DNA of 64,000 bases, taken from positions 1,605 through 65,604 of IMG/VR virus record IMGVR_UViG_3300025099_000001; one strand, 5' to 3'. Each line of letters begins with the position of its first letter. Within the stretch, counting starts at the first letter, position 1. Source of the stretch: a virus (lineage: Duplodnaviria; Caudoviricetes). The notes beneath the pieces were generated by a model. It saw only the letters and a program-made list of their open reading frames with translations. It ran no database searches and was not told where the DNA came from. Made by a program: the position numbers and the translations under genes. Below, one piece after another: positions 30,865 through 39,063 of the stretch.

Positions 30865-31635
30865 TTACCAAATAGCTACAGAATTAAATCTTGCTGTTAC
30901 ATCTGTTCCTGTAGAATATAGTTGCAATACTTGTACAGGTAAATATTCTCCAACAGGAAAGTTATAAAAGGTTATGTCATCTCCTGCTACTGTTTTAACT
31001 TTAACATCAACATATGACAATTCAACTGTCATGGCAGCTGTGTCAGTACCAACATATAATAAACATCCTTCTGAAGAATCAATTCTTTGGCTTGGTAAAG
31101 GACCATCACCTGCTACATATATTACATAATTATCATCGTAAGTAGTGCTTGTTCCAAAGATATCTGCAGATAAAGTAAGATCAACAGCATTATTTACTGC
31201 AGTTACTGTAGCTACTGTTTCTGCTGTAGTATTATATACAATATCACCAACACTTACTCCGTTAGTTATAAAGTCTCCCACTGCATCTATTAAATGATTT
31301 GGTCTTGTTACAATATAGGCTTGTGTTCCTGTAGCAAATGGATTTGTAGCAAACGATAACACAGTAGGGGCTACTCCTGTAACTACTGCATTTGCTGGAG
31401 TAGTTATATTAAATGCTTTATCTCCATTAACAACAGGAAAAGGAACTCCGCCTGTTGTAAAGGATGCTCCTGCATCTATTAATTCATCATTGTTTTGTCC
31501 AGTTGTAGTTCCTGATGTTACTGCATCAGCTACTCCCGTTACTTGTTGTAAGCCTGGATAAGGAATTCTAATTGTGTCACTTGCTAATACATTTAATGCT
31601 AAGCCAGTGTTTACGGTAATTTTTGGGTACGCCAT
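30865..31635 (-). CDS. Structural protein with two inserted beta-repeats
   Basis: GCLLYVG..DVKVKTVAGD..FPVGEYLPVQVLQLYSTGT core plus repeats shared with 5339..6301. Confidence 0.55.
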   Translation of the reverse strand: MAYPKITVNTGLALNVLASDTIRIPYPGLQQVTGVADAVTSGTTTGQNNDELIDAGASFTTGGVPFPVVNGDKAFNITTPANAVVTGVAPTVLSFATNPFATGTQAYIVTRPNHLIDAVGDFITNGVSVGDIVYNTTAETVATVTAVNNAVDLTLSADIFGTSTTYDDNYVIYVAGDGPLPSQRIDSSEGCLLYVGTDTAAMTVELSYVDVKVKTVAGDDITFYNFPVGEYLPVQVLQLYSTGTDVTARFNSVAIW

Positions 31636-31664
31636 TTTTTTCTTTTTGAGGGTTAAAAATCTCT

Positions 31665-31835
31665 TTATCTTTTATATGGAAATACTCTGTTAAGAGTATC
31701 TCTTCTTTGATTACATCCGCAGTCTTCTTTACCAACTGCTTTTGCCATCTGATGTGCTACTTTATCTAATCCAGTAGCTTTTGTTACTTTAGCTATAGTA
31801 TCTCCTAAGCCTCTTGATTTATTTAGATTTTGCAT
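31665..31835 (-). CDS. Small conserved phage protein (GLGDT...DCGC family)
   Basis: MQNLNKSRGLGDTIAKVTKATG...EDCGCNQRRDTLNRVFPYKR, 56 aa, translated by hand. Confidence 0.7.
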   Translation of the reverse strand: MQNLNKSRGLGDTIAKVTKATGLDKVAHQMAKAVGKEDCGCNQRRDTLNRVFPYKR

Positions 31836-31942
31836 GAACATTTATCCTTAGGACAACACTCTACGTTCATAGTTAAAAATCTCATTAAACCATTCCAGCT
31901 GCATTGTAAATAACAATACAAAGATATTAATTTTTCTTTCAT
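31823..31942 (-). CDS. Small Cys-rich protein (39 aa)
   Basis: MKEKLISLYCYLQCSWNGLMRFLTMNVECCPKDKCSCKI; fills the gap. Confidence 0.5.
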   Translation of the reverse strand: MKEKLISLYCYLQCSWNGLMRFLTMNVECCPKDKCSCKI

Positions 31943-31943
31943 T

Positions 31944-32150
31944 TTATCGTGTTCTTATTCTATCGTTAATAGGTGTTTTAACTCTTGGCTTTACATACTG
32001 TACATGAGAGTCAGGAGTTAACACTTCCTTTTTTTCTATTGTTTTTGCTTTTAGCTTACCTTTTGATTTTAACTCTACTTTTTCCTCAAAAGTCATATTA
32101 GGAGGAGTAAGAGGTTTGTTTTTCGCAAGGTTTTTTCTTTTTTTCGCCAT
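31944..32150 (-). CDS. Small basic protein
   Basis: 68 aa, Lys/Arg-rich. Confidence 0.6.
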   Translation of the reverse strand: MAKKRKNLAKNKPLTPPNMTFEEKVELKSKGKLKAKTIEKKEVLTPDSHVQYVKPRVKTPINDRIRTR

Positions 32151-32171
32151 TTTTATTTTATTAAATTAAAC

Positions 32172-32372
32172 TTATGCTTTACTACAACCAAAGTTTTTTG
32201 CATAGTTAGCCATTTTTACAACTGACTCTGAGTATTTGTTTGTGTTTTTCATAACAGCTGATGCTGCTGAACACGTACTTTTACCAGGCATATTGCTTTT
32301 GACCCAAGCAGTAAACTTTCCCTCATTTCCTTTTTTAATTTCTGGAAATGCTTTTTTTGTACGACCAGCCAT
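32172..32372 (-). CDS. Small basic protein
   Basis: 66 aa; GKFTAW..KMANYAKN motif seen in small phage proteins. Confidence 0.65.
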   Translation of the reverse strand: MAGRTKKAFPEIKKGNEGKFTAWVKSNMPGKSTCSAASAVMKNTNKYSESVVKMANYAKNFGCSKA

Positions 32373-32566
32373 TATTTAAGATGATCGTGAGTCTTCCAAG
32401 AAGACGTGTGTCTGTAAGACATTGACTTGTCAGCTCCATAAGAGTGACCATACATTTTTTTAGACATTGCTTTTGACTCATCTCTTCTATCTTTCATAGA
32501 TTGAGATTTCTTTCCGTTTCTTGATCCTAAAGATTCGTCAAGTCTGTCGTTATATCCTTGTTCCAT
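32372..32566 (-). CDS. Small hypothetical protein
   Basis: 64 aa; QGYNDRLDESLG..QSMKDRRDESKAM. Confidence 0.65.
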   Translation of the reverse strand: MEQGYNDRLDESLGSRNGKKSQSMKDRRDESKAMSKKMYGHSYGADKSMSYRHTSSWKTHDHLK

Positions 32567-32581
32567 TTTTCTTTTTTTAAA

Positions 32582-32752
32582 TTAATAACCTGAATTAGTT
32601 TTCTTCTCCATACCATAACCTGGATTGTTCTTAATAGAACCATTCATAGTTTTGGCAAATTCTGCTGCTTGTGCTTTCCCTACAGCATTGTAAGGAAATG
32701 TTCTTTTAATTGTTTTTCCTGTATCAGGACATTTATGTGTTACTGTAGGCAT
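32582..32752 (-). CDS. Small hypothetical protein (56 aa)
   Basis: MPTVTHKCPDTGKTIKRTFPYNAVGKAQA..., translated by hand. Confidence 0.6.
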   Translation of the reverse strand: MPTVTHKCPDTGKTIKRTFPYNAVGKAQAAEFAKTMNGSIKNNPGYGMEKKTNSGY

Positions 32753-32754
32753 AA

Positions 32755-32919
32755 TTAAGCTTTTTTCTTTTTTCCTTTTGTTGCACCAGCAATAACATCA
32801 GCTCGTGTAACTTTAGGATTGTTATCTATTCCGTGTTTTATACTAAGCATACCTAATCTATCAATATCCTTATTTTTAAACGCTATACTGTTATAGTCTT
32901 TCTTTGACATTTTTCCCAT
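32755..32919 (-). CDS. Small basic protein (54 aa)
   Basis: MGKMSKKDY...GMLSIKHGIDNNPKVTRADVIAGATKGKKKKA. Confidence 0.6.
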   Translation of the reverse strand: MGKMSKKDYNSIAFKNKDIDRLGMLSIKHGIDNNPKVTRADVIAGATKGKKKKA

Positions 32920-32943
32920 AGTGCAAATATAATAATTAATTTA

Positions 32944-33237
32944 TTAGCATCTCCAACGTCTCAAAGCCATAGCTTTTCTTGTTGGCCTACCTTTTTTATC
33001 TTTTAATGGTCCTTTCATTCCACTCATTCTTGCACAGAAAGATCTTCTACGTGCAGCTCTTTTTCCTTTAGCATTTTTTTCTGTTACTGCAGTTTTTAAA
33101 TTACCTCCTGTCTTTCTGTTATATGCAGCTACACCTTTAGCAGTCATTCCTGCACCCGATTTAGTAGAACGATAATTACCTCCTTTACCTGTCGTTCTTC
33201 TTATCTGTGCTTTTTTTGTTCTGCCTTTTGTAGCCAT
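32944..33237 (-). CDS. Small highly basic protein (RRSFCARM family)
   Basis: GAGMTAKGVAAYNR..LKTAV..RRRSFCARMSG..ALRRWRC, a widespread small phage protein pattern. Confidence 0.75.
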   Translation of the reverse strand: MATKGRTKKAQIRRTTGKGGNYRSTKSGAGMTAKGVAAYNRKTGGNLKTAVTEKNAKGKRAARRRSFCARMSGMKGPLKDKKGRPTRKAMALRRWRC

Positions 33238-33359
33238 TACTTTTTCTTAGACGGGTGGGTGTATCCAGCTTTTTTTAATCTAAAATGTTCCTTCATAGAA
33301 GTGACCTTAATACATTTGTCTTTCTTGCACATCATATGAGTTTTAAATTTTTTTGCCAT
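33237..33359 (-). CDS. Small basic protein (40 aa)
   Basis: MAKKFKTHMMCKKDKCIKVTSMKEHFRLKKAGYTHPSKKK; TAATG coupling on both sides. Confidence 0.65.
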   Translation of the reverse strand: MAKKFKTHMMCKKDKCIKVTSMKEHFRLKKAGYTHPSKKK

Positions 33360-33511
33360 TACTTTTTCTTAGGCAATGACTTAACCTTTCCGTTTTCAGT
33401 ACGTGCATATCTATGTGTTGCAGTTTCCATACTTGGTATTAATGTACCACAGTATCTACCACTGCCATATTTCCAACATACTTTTTTACCTGTTCTCATT
33501 TTCTTTGCCAT
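33359..33511 (-). CDS. Small basic protein (50 aa)
   Basis: MAKKMRTGKKVCWKYGSGRYCGTLIP..RTENGKVKSLPKKK. Confidence 0.65.
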   Translation of the reverse strand: MAKKMRTGKKVCWKYGSGRYCGTLIPSMETATHRYARTENGKVKSLPKKK

Positions 33512-33517
33512 AGTATT

Positions 33518-33808
33518 TTATCTTGTTCTTCTAATCCTCATTCTTGTACTTGTTCTTCTTGATTTAGGAGGCGGAAAGAAATCTGTCTTTGTAGTTTTCT
33601 TTTTTACGTTTCCATCTTTATCAAGTTTTTTTCTTTTTGATGCAGCTAAATCTTCTTGAGCAGATTTGTTTTTATTAATTTTTTTCTGTACTCTTTTTCT
33701 TCTAAGGTTTCCTAAAAAAGTTGTCTTTCCTTCTTCTTTTCTTTTCTTAAGCTTTTCTCTTTTCTTAATTAGCTTATTTAATTTTTCTCTTGAAGTTTTT
33801 TTAGCCAT
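33518..33808 (-). CDS. Very basic (protamine-like) protein
   Basis: 96 aa, extremely Lys/Arg-rich; -7 box at 33829-33836. Confidence 0.6.
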   Translation of the reverse strand: MAKKTSREKLNKLIKKREKLKKRKEEGKTTFLGNLRRKRVQKKINKNKSAQEDLAASKRKKLDKDGNVKKKTTKTDFFPPPKSRRTSTRMRIRRTR

Positions 33809-33837
33809 AATATATTTTTTTATTTAAACAAAGATAA

Positions 33838-34257
33838 TTATAATTTTATATTATTTTTAAACCATTTAAAAGCTTTACTTACTAAAGTGTTTTCTTTTTT
33901 CTTTTGTATTTCTCTACAGTTAACACACAAAGAATCGCTAACAGTAATCCTAACACTGTCTACTATTTCCTTCACAACTATCTTATAATCAAAGACTAAA
34001 CTGTCTTCACTTATAAGTTTTAAGTTGTTTAATTCATAAACACTTTCGTTAAACTTCTTTTCTATTTCTTTTATGTCTCTTTTTTTACGCCAAAGATCTT
34101 GTTCAAGTAAAACTTTTTGTTTTTTCTGTTTGTTTACTTGTTGTATTGTTACGTCAGCTAAACTATCTATATTTATTGTTGGTTCTTCTGTTTCAATAAT
34201 TAATTCTTCTGGTTGTGTACAAGAAAACAATAACATTATGAGAACAAACCTATTCAT
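33838..34257 (-). CDS. Lipoprotein, possible o-spanin
   Basis: Short signal peptide with lipobox LFSC, coiled coil, CxxC near the C-terminus. Confidence 0.55.
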   Translation of the reverse strand: MNRFVLIMLLFSCTQPEELIIETEEPTINIDSLADVTIQQVNKQKKQKVLLEQDLWRKKRDIKEIEKKFNESVYELNNLKLISEDSLVFDYKIVVKEIVDSVRITVSDSLCVNCREIQKKKENTLVSKAFKWFKNNIKL

Positions 34258-34465
34258 TTATTTCTTGTAAAGTTTTTATAAACTTATCATTTAACTTTTT
34301 ATAATCACTTCGTAAAGTAATTACCTCTTCTTGCAATGCTTTAATTTGATTTGTAAGAGTTGTTTTATTATCAATATATAAATATCCAATTGCAATTAAA
34401 CAAAAGAATAGTAATCCTGTTACAGGATTAGCTGCAAAATCTTTAAAGTCTATTGGTGACTTCAT
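34250..34465 (-). CDS. TM plus coiled-coil protein, possible i-spanin/holin
   Basis: One TM segment followed by heptads; overlaps the lipoprotein gene. Confidence 0.45.
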   Translation of the reverse strand: MKSPIDFKDFAANPVTGLLFFCLIAIGYLYIDNKTTLTNQIKALQEEVITLRSDYKKLNDKFIKTLQEINE

Positions 34466-34665
34466 TCTATAATTAGTGTATCTCCGTTTGCCTTCATACT
34501 TGCAGCTACTTCTTCATCTGTAAACGTATATGATGTATCTGTATCTACCATATCTACAAATAAATCTACATCAAGAGTAAATATTTCATAAAGCTCTTGG
34601 CCTTCTGGTATCATATACTCCATAACATAATCATAATACTCTTGTGATCCTTTTACTATTTCCAT
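34462..34665 (-). CDS. Small acidic hypothetical protein
   Basis: Likely start MEIVKGSQ at 34665, downstream of the -7 box at 34680-34687. Confidence 0.5.
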   Translation of the reverse strand: MEIVKGSQEYYDYVMEYMIPEGQELYEIFTLDVDLFVDMVDTDTSYTFTDEEVAASMKANGDTLIIE

Positions 34666-34700
34666 TTTTTGTATTTTTACAAAGATATAAATTAAATTAA

Positions 34701-35141
34701 ATGCCAAAGTCTACTCACAACTACCTAAAGTATTGGAGAGTTATACGTTATTGGGTAAAGGCTAAATACAATCTTACAACCCCTGATATAGAAATGATTC
34801 TATTTTTATATAGTGAAGAGTATTTTAATAAAACAAAGTTTAAAGAGTTTGAAGAATTAATGTCTTGGGATATAAAAAGATTTGATAGACTACTTAGGGA
34901 TGGGTGGATTCATGTATGGAGAAAAGGATATGGTAAACATACAACATTATACGAGCTTTCCTACAAAGGGAAGCGAGTAGCGAGTACAATTTATAAAAAA
35001 CTTAATGGTGAAGAGATAGCAGAGTCACCATCTATTAATCCTTTATTTAGAGCGGACGCTTCTTATATGGATAAGGTTTATAGAAATTCTATAAAAGAAC
35101 TTAATGAATTTATAAAACAACAACGATATCTCTCTCAGTAA
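34701..35141 (+). CDS. MarR-like winged-helix DNA-binding protein
   Basis: YNLTTPDIEMILFL..FDRLLRDGWI..LYELSYKGK pattern; only plus-strand gene in the late block. Confidence 0.65.
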   Translation: MPKSTHNYLKYWRVIRYWVKAKYNLTTPDIEMILFLYSEEYFNKTKFKEFEELMSWDIKRFDRLLRDGWIHVWRKGYGKHTTLYELSYKGKRVASTIYKKLNGEEIAESPSINPLFRADASYMDKVYRNSIKELNEFIKQQRYLSQ

Positions 35142-35367
35142 TAATAGTAAAAGTATCATTATGTATAAGCATACTAAAGCCAGCAGACTTATCATAATAA
35201 ATAATTTGACCTTCTTTGATTTCTGAGACATCAGTACCTGGTTTTATTACTTCACCTTTTTTATATCTAAACTCATCTGCATCTTCTGCAGTAAGTATTA
35301 ACCCTGACTTAGTTTTTAATTCTTCTTTTACAGGTTTTATTATAACATACTTGCCAATTGGTTTCAT
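35110..35367 (-). CDS. groES: Co-chaperonin GroES
   Basis: MKPIGKYVIIKP..KTKSGLIL..GEVIKPG..IKEGQIIYY..ITERDIVVVL. Confidence 0.9.
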   Translation of the reverse strand: MKPIGKYVIIKPVKEELKTKSGLILTAEDADEFRYKKGEVIKPGTDVSEIKEGQIIYYDKSAGFSMLIHNDTFTIITERDIVVVL

Positions 35368-35370
35368 ATC

Positions 35371-35541
35371 TTAATGTTTAAATATAGCATAAATTTTTGC
35401 TTTTCTTGATTGCTCAGTAATACGTCCTTTTATAGTTCTTGTAGGAACTTCACATATTAATTCTTTACGAGGTTCATCTTCTATTATTTGAGCCGAAGGC
35501 TCAAATTTTGGATTTTTTGAGTTAAGCTTTCTTTTCTTCAC
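35371..35541 (-). CDS. Small hypothetical protein (56 aa, GTG start)
   Basis: MKKRKLNSKNPKFEPSAQ...KIYAIFKH; fills the groEL-groES gap. Confidence 0.5.
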   Translation of the reverse strand: MKKRKLNSKNPKFEPSAQIIEDEPRKELICEVPTRTIKGRITEQSRKAKIYAIFKH

Positions 35542-35614
35542 GTTTCTCTATGTTTTTAATTATGTTGTTTGTTTCTGTTTTTACACCAAACAGTTTTAAA
35601 ATAAACTCTATCAT
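35522..35614 (-). CDS. 30-aa hypothetical peptide
   Basis: ATGA overlap with the groEL stop; MIEFILKLFGVK... Confidence 0.35.
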   Translation of the reverse strand: MIEFILKLFGVKTETNNIIKNIEKREEKKA

Positions 35615-37200
35615 GCTCTCATATTTGTTACAATAGCATTAGTGCTAAGTATAGTTGTTGCAACACTTACTGCATTAGTCAATGCGTTCTTTGTTACTTT
35701 CAGCGGATCAATAACACCCATCTCATACATATCTCCGTACTTATTATTCTTTACATCATAGCCGTAGTTATATTTTTTATCAAATACTTGGTCAATAACT
35801 TTATCATTATTTTTACCAGCGTTATTTAATATTTGTATAAGTGGTGAGCGAAGAGCTGATTCTAATATTAAGACAGCATCTTTCTCATCTTGGTTTTTGG
35901 TTTTGGCTTTTAACTTTAATGATTCTCTAAACAATGCTATACCTCCACCCGCTAATATACCTTCTTCAAGTGCTGATCTTACTGCACACACTGAATCATC
36001 TACTCTGTCATACTTTTCTTTTTGTTCCATCTCAGAGTTACCCCCTACATAAATACAACCTATAGCACCCGCTAAACTTGCTATACGTTCTTTTATAAAT
36101 TCTTTAGTAGACTTATCTTTTGTGTTTTTTTGTTGAACTTTTAATTCAGCAATTCTATCGTTTAACTCTGGTGTGTTATTGTCTTTTTTAAATATTACAG
36201 TTGAATGCTCTCCTGCAATAACTTTATCTGCACTACCTAAGTCATTAGGCATAATTAAACTTAAATCATCACCAGTCTTCTCTGAATAATATTTAGCACC
36301 AACTGACATAGCAATATCTTGCATAAGTTCATGTTGCTTGTATCCAAACTGAGGAGGAGCTATATTACAAAACTTTAAACCATTACGAACTACGTTAGCC
36401 GCTAAAGTATTAATAACATTAGTTGAGCAAGGGGCAATGATTAACAGTTTGTCTCCGTTGTTTATTACAGGCTTTAACACGTTCTCTATTTGAAGTATGC
36501 TATTAATTTCTGCATCGCAAACTAAAATCTTAACATCTTCAAGTATACACTCATCTTTCTTTTGATTATTTATAAATAAATTAGAAGACCAACCTCTTGC
36601 TATTTTTATACCGTTAGTAACCTCAGCATAGGTTTCAGATGTCATAGACTTTTCTACAGTTACCATTCCGTTTATTCCAACTTGTGTATAGGCATCTTTA
36701 ATTATTTTACCTATAGTCTTATCATTATTGGCAGAGATAGACGCAACGTCTAACAATCTTTCCTCTGTTACTTTTTTTGAATTACTTTTTAAATTAGATA
36801 TAATTTTAGATGCGTGATTGTTAATATGCCTAATAACTTCTGTTGTGTTTGACTCTGATGTTAATGTTTGCTGACCAGCTTTAACCAAAGCTTCTGTTAG
36901 AACAATAGCTGTTGTTGTCCCATCACCTGCAGACTGAGCTGTACGGCTTGAAGCTTCCTTCATCATCCTAACTGCTAAGTTTTCTATAGGATCATTTAAA
37001 AACACAGACTCAGCAACTGTTACACCGTCCTTAGTAACTGTCATGCCTGAAGTATGATTTGGTGATTCTAATAACACAGTCTTACCTAAAGGTCCTAATG
37101 TACTTTTGACTGCTTTGGAAATTTTAGTAATTCCTGTAATTAATTTCTGACGAGCTTCATCATCAAAGCTAAGCGTCTTTGGTATATAACCTTGTTCCAT
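35611..37200 (-). CDS. groEL: Chaperonin GroEL (phage-encoded)
   Basis: TLGPLG, VTKDGVTVA, AGDGTTTA, GILAGGG, GVIDPLKV motifs; lacks the GGM tail. Confidence 0.95.
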   Translation of the reverse strand: MEQGYIPKTLSFDDEARQKLITGITKISKAVKSTLGPLGKTVLLESPNHTSGMTVTKDGVTVAESVFLNDPIENLAVRMMKEASSRTAQSAGDGTTTAIVLTEALVKAGQQTLTSESNTTEVIRHINNHASKIISNLKSNSKKVTEERLLDVASISANNDKTIGKIIKDAYTQVGINGMVTVEKSMTSETYAEVTNGIKIARGWSSNLFINNQKKDECILEDVKILVCDAEINSILQIENVLKPVINNGDKLLIIAPCSTNVINTLAANVVRNGLKFCNIAPPQFGYKQHELMQDIAMSVGAKYYSEKTGDDLSLIMPNDLGSADKVIAGEHSTVIFKKDNNTPELNDRIAELKVQQKNTKDKSTKEFIKERIASLAGAIGCIYVGGNSEMEQKEKYDRVDDSVCAVRSALEEGILAGGGIALFRESLKLKAKTKNQDEKDAVLILESALRSPLIQILNNAGKNNDKVIDQVFDKKYNYGYDVKNNKYGDMYEMGVIDPLKVTKNALTNAVSVATTILSTNAIVTNMRA

Positions 37201-37220
37201 TGTATTAAATTTAATTTGAA

Positions 37221-37228
37221 CAAATATA
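37221..37228 (-). promoter_or_regulatory. Bacteroidota -7 element for groEL
   Basis: TATATTTG 20 nt upstream of the groEL ATG. Confidence 0.6.
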
Positions 37229-37249
37229 ATAAATTAATTGTAATATCAC

Positions 37250-37449
37250 ATTCCAGCATTCCAAAGAAATTTTATTTTTTTTATATAAATATATTTAAAC
37301 GTATATACTTTATTATTATTTATTTTTTTTTAACGTACCTAAGTATGGAATAAATAAAGAATATATAGTTAAATAGTTGAAAATCAAAAAGTTAGAAAAA
37401 TTAAAGTTTGGAATATCGTTGGAATATCGTTGGAATATGAAGGAATATC
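37250..37449. repeat. Origin-like region: TTGGAAT iterons, IHF-consensus site, AT-rich segment
   Basis: 11-bp tandem TTGGAATATCG x2, TTGGAATATGA and AGGAATATC (37408-37449); inverted ATTCCA x2 (37250-37264); AATCAAAAAGTTA at 37382. Confidence 0.6.
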
Positions 37450-37463
37450 TCTGGTTTTTGTAT

Positions 37464-37489
37464 AAAAAAAGAGGAGACTAAGCTCCTCT
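37464..37489 (-). terminator. Rho-independent terminator
   Basis: AGAGGAG/CTCCTCT stem with a U-run on the minus strand, after the 37516 gene. Confidence 0.7.
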
Positions 37490-37515
37490 AATTTCAAAAC
37501 AAACAAATTAAATTT

Positions 37516-37713
37516 TTAGTATTCGTATATATTACGATCACCATCCATACGCATTTTAGCTCTTTCAATACCGTCAGCGATACAGTCTATCTTATATTGT
37601 TTTTTCATTTGTTGTCTCATCATTGACGCTCTCTCAATACCTGACACACCATCTGGGCGTTCATTTATTAAGCGACCATCTTTTATAGTTAGGCCTTGAT
37701 AGTTATTGTTCAT
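37516..37713 (-). CDS. Small hypothetical protein
   Basis: Likely start MNNNYQGLTIKDGRLINERP at 37713; own promoter-like TATCTTTA and terminator. Confidence 0.6.
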   Translation of the reverse strand: MNNNYQGLTIKDGRLINERPDGVSGIERASMMRQQMKKQYKIDCIADGIERAKMRMDGDRNIYEY

Positions 37714-38219
37714 AGTATGATTTTTTTGTAAAGATAATAAATTTTTATTAGACATTTAGGGGTTGAGGGTTCTACATACTTATACGCATAACTACTGCTT
37801 ACGGAAACGGAGTTTTTTTTATTGGGGGGGTTGTATTTTGTTTTGATTTTTGTGGAATTTTTTGTCTTTTACTTTCACCCCACACGCACACGCACTGCCC
37901 ACTCACGTACGCACAGACATATATATGATGCGTTCTAACGCACTAACTCAAATCGGAGCTCCACCTTCCCTTACTCACTTGCAAAGTAGAAGAGAGAGGA
38001 AGAGACTTCCCTTAACGACAGTCCGACACACTCACACACTAAACAAATCACACCGACAGACATCACACAATATATTCACTATCAATATCTTATTAGAGAA
38101 CTTTAATTATTTTATTTATACTAATACATTAAAAGAAAAAGATAGTCCTTTAGAACGCATTAAACACCTCTAAATATCAAAATCCAGAATCAACCCAAAA
38201 AAAATCCGACATCACTTTA

Positions 38220-38251
38220 TTTGCATATTTATTAAGTATTTAGTATCTTTA
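38220..38251 (+). promoter_or_regulatory. Early promoter (TTTG-N20-TATCTTTA)
   Basis: Bacteroidota -33/-7 geometry; similar sites at about 40995-41026 and 43430-43461. Confidence 0.55.
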
Positions 38252-38297
38252 TATTAATAATAACAGAGGGTAACACCTCACTTAAAAAACAAACAAA

Positions 38298-38975
38298 ATG
38301 AACACAAAATCGTTAATCGGACTTACGAATCAGAAATCATCTGATATCGTATCACAGTGGAGTAATCAGTATTTAAATGCTGACTTTAGTATTACAATGT
38401 TGAATAAGGTATCCACTAAATTAGAGTGTGACGATAAGGTACAAGTTGTACTATTTATCAAATATTGTCAAGCATTTAACATTAGACTTGATTCTTGTCG
38501 CACTCAAAATAAAATAGGTAATCCATACACGGCATTCAGTCAAATATTATGGATAGCAAAATTTGGTGATGGAGTTGCTACTCGCCAACTGACTCACGCA
38601 CTCAAAGAATTATGGAAAGGTAATGCAGATGTAATCAAAAACTGCAAACAAATGGGTGGTAGTTTTGTGTCATCATTATTTGAGGGTGATATTGATTCAT
38701 CATTCAGCTACGCAGACAATGGTAACAAACGTGCATTGATTCAAGGATTCTGTGATGATAACAACAGAGATGAACAAGAAATGCAAAAGGTGTTAAGTAA
38801 CTATCAAGATGAAGAAATGTATTTCAATTATTGGATGCATAGTGGTAATGTTGTTGAGAATGTTGATGGTAGTTTTTCAACTCAAGATGCCCAATACAGA
38901 AACAAGTTTGTAAGTATTGAACAACTAAAAAACTATTACAATAAAGAATTTGCATATTGGAATTTAGTTAAATAA
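38298..38975 (+). CDS. Early hypothetical protein
   Basis: 225-aa ORF, first plus-strand gene, AAACAAAATG leader. Confidence 0.7.
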   Translation: MNTKSLIGLTNQKSSDIVSQWSNQYLNADFSITMLNKVSTKLECDDKVQVVLFIKYCQAFNIRLDSCRTQNKIGNPYTAFSQILWIAKFGDGVATRQLTHALKELWKGNADVIKNCKQMGGSFVSSLFEGDIDSSFSYADNGNKRALIQGFCDDNNRDEQEMQKVLSNYQDEEMYFNYWMHSGNVVENVDGSFSTQDAQYRNKFVSIEQLKNYYNKEFAYWNLVK

Positions 38976-38987
38976 AACCAACTCACT

Positions 38988-39042
38988 CCACGTGCCTCAA
39001 TGCTAATCGCATTGGGGTTTTCGTGGTAGAGGACTAATCCTC
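38988..39042 (+). ncRNA. Conserved intergenic RNA hairpin, copy 1
   Basis: CCACG-TG-CCTCAATGC-TAATC-GCATTGGGG-TTTT-CGTGG-TAG plus small GAGGA/TCCTC hairpin. Confidence 0.65.
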
Positions 39043-39063
39043 GCAAAATTAAAATCAAACAAA

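Noticed and set aside
35486-35506. CIRCE heat-shock operator near groEL
   Set aside because: Does not match TTAGCACTC-N9-GAGTGCTAA.
37850-38173. 107-aa plus-strand ORF in the strand-switch region
   Set aside because: GTG start, and a His/Thr-rich translation that simply reflects CA repeats; composition unlike real genes; probably non-coding.
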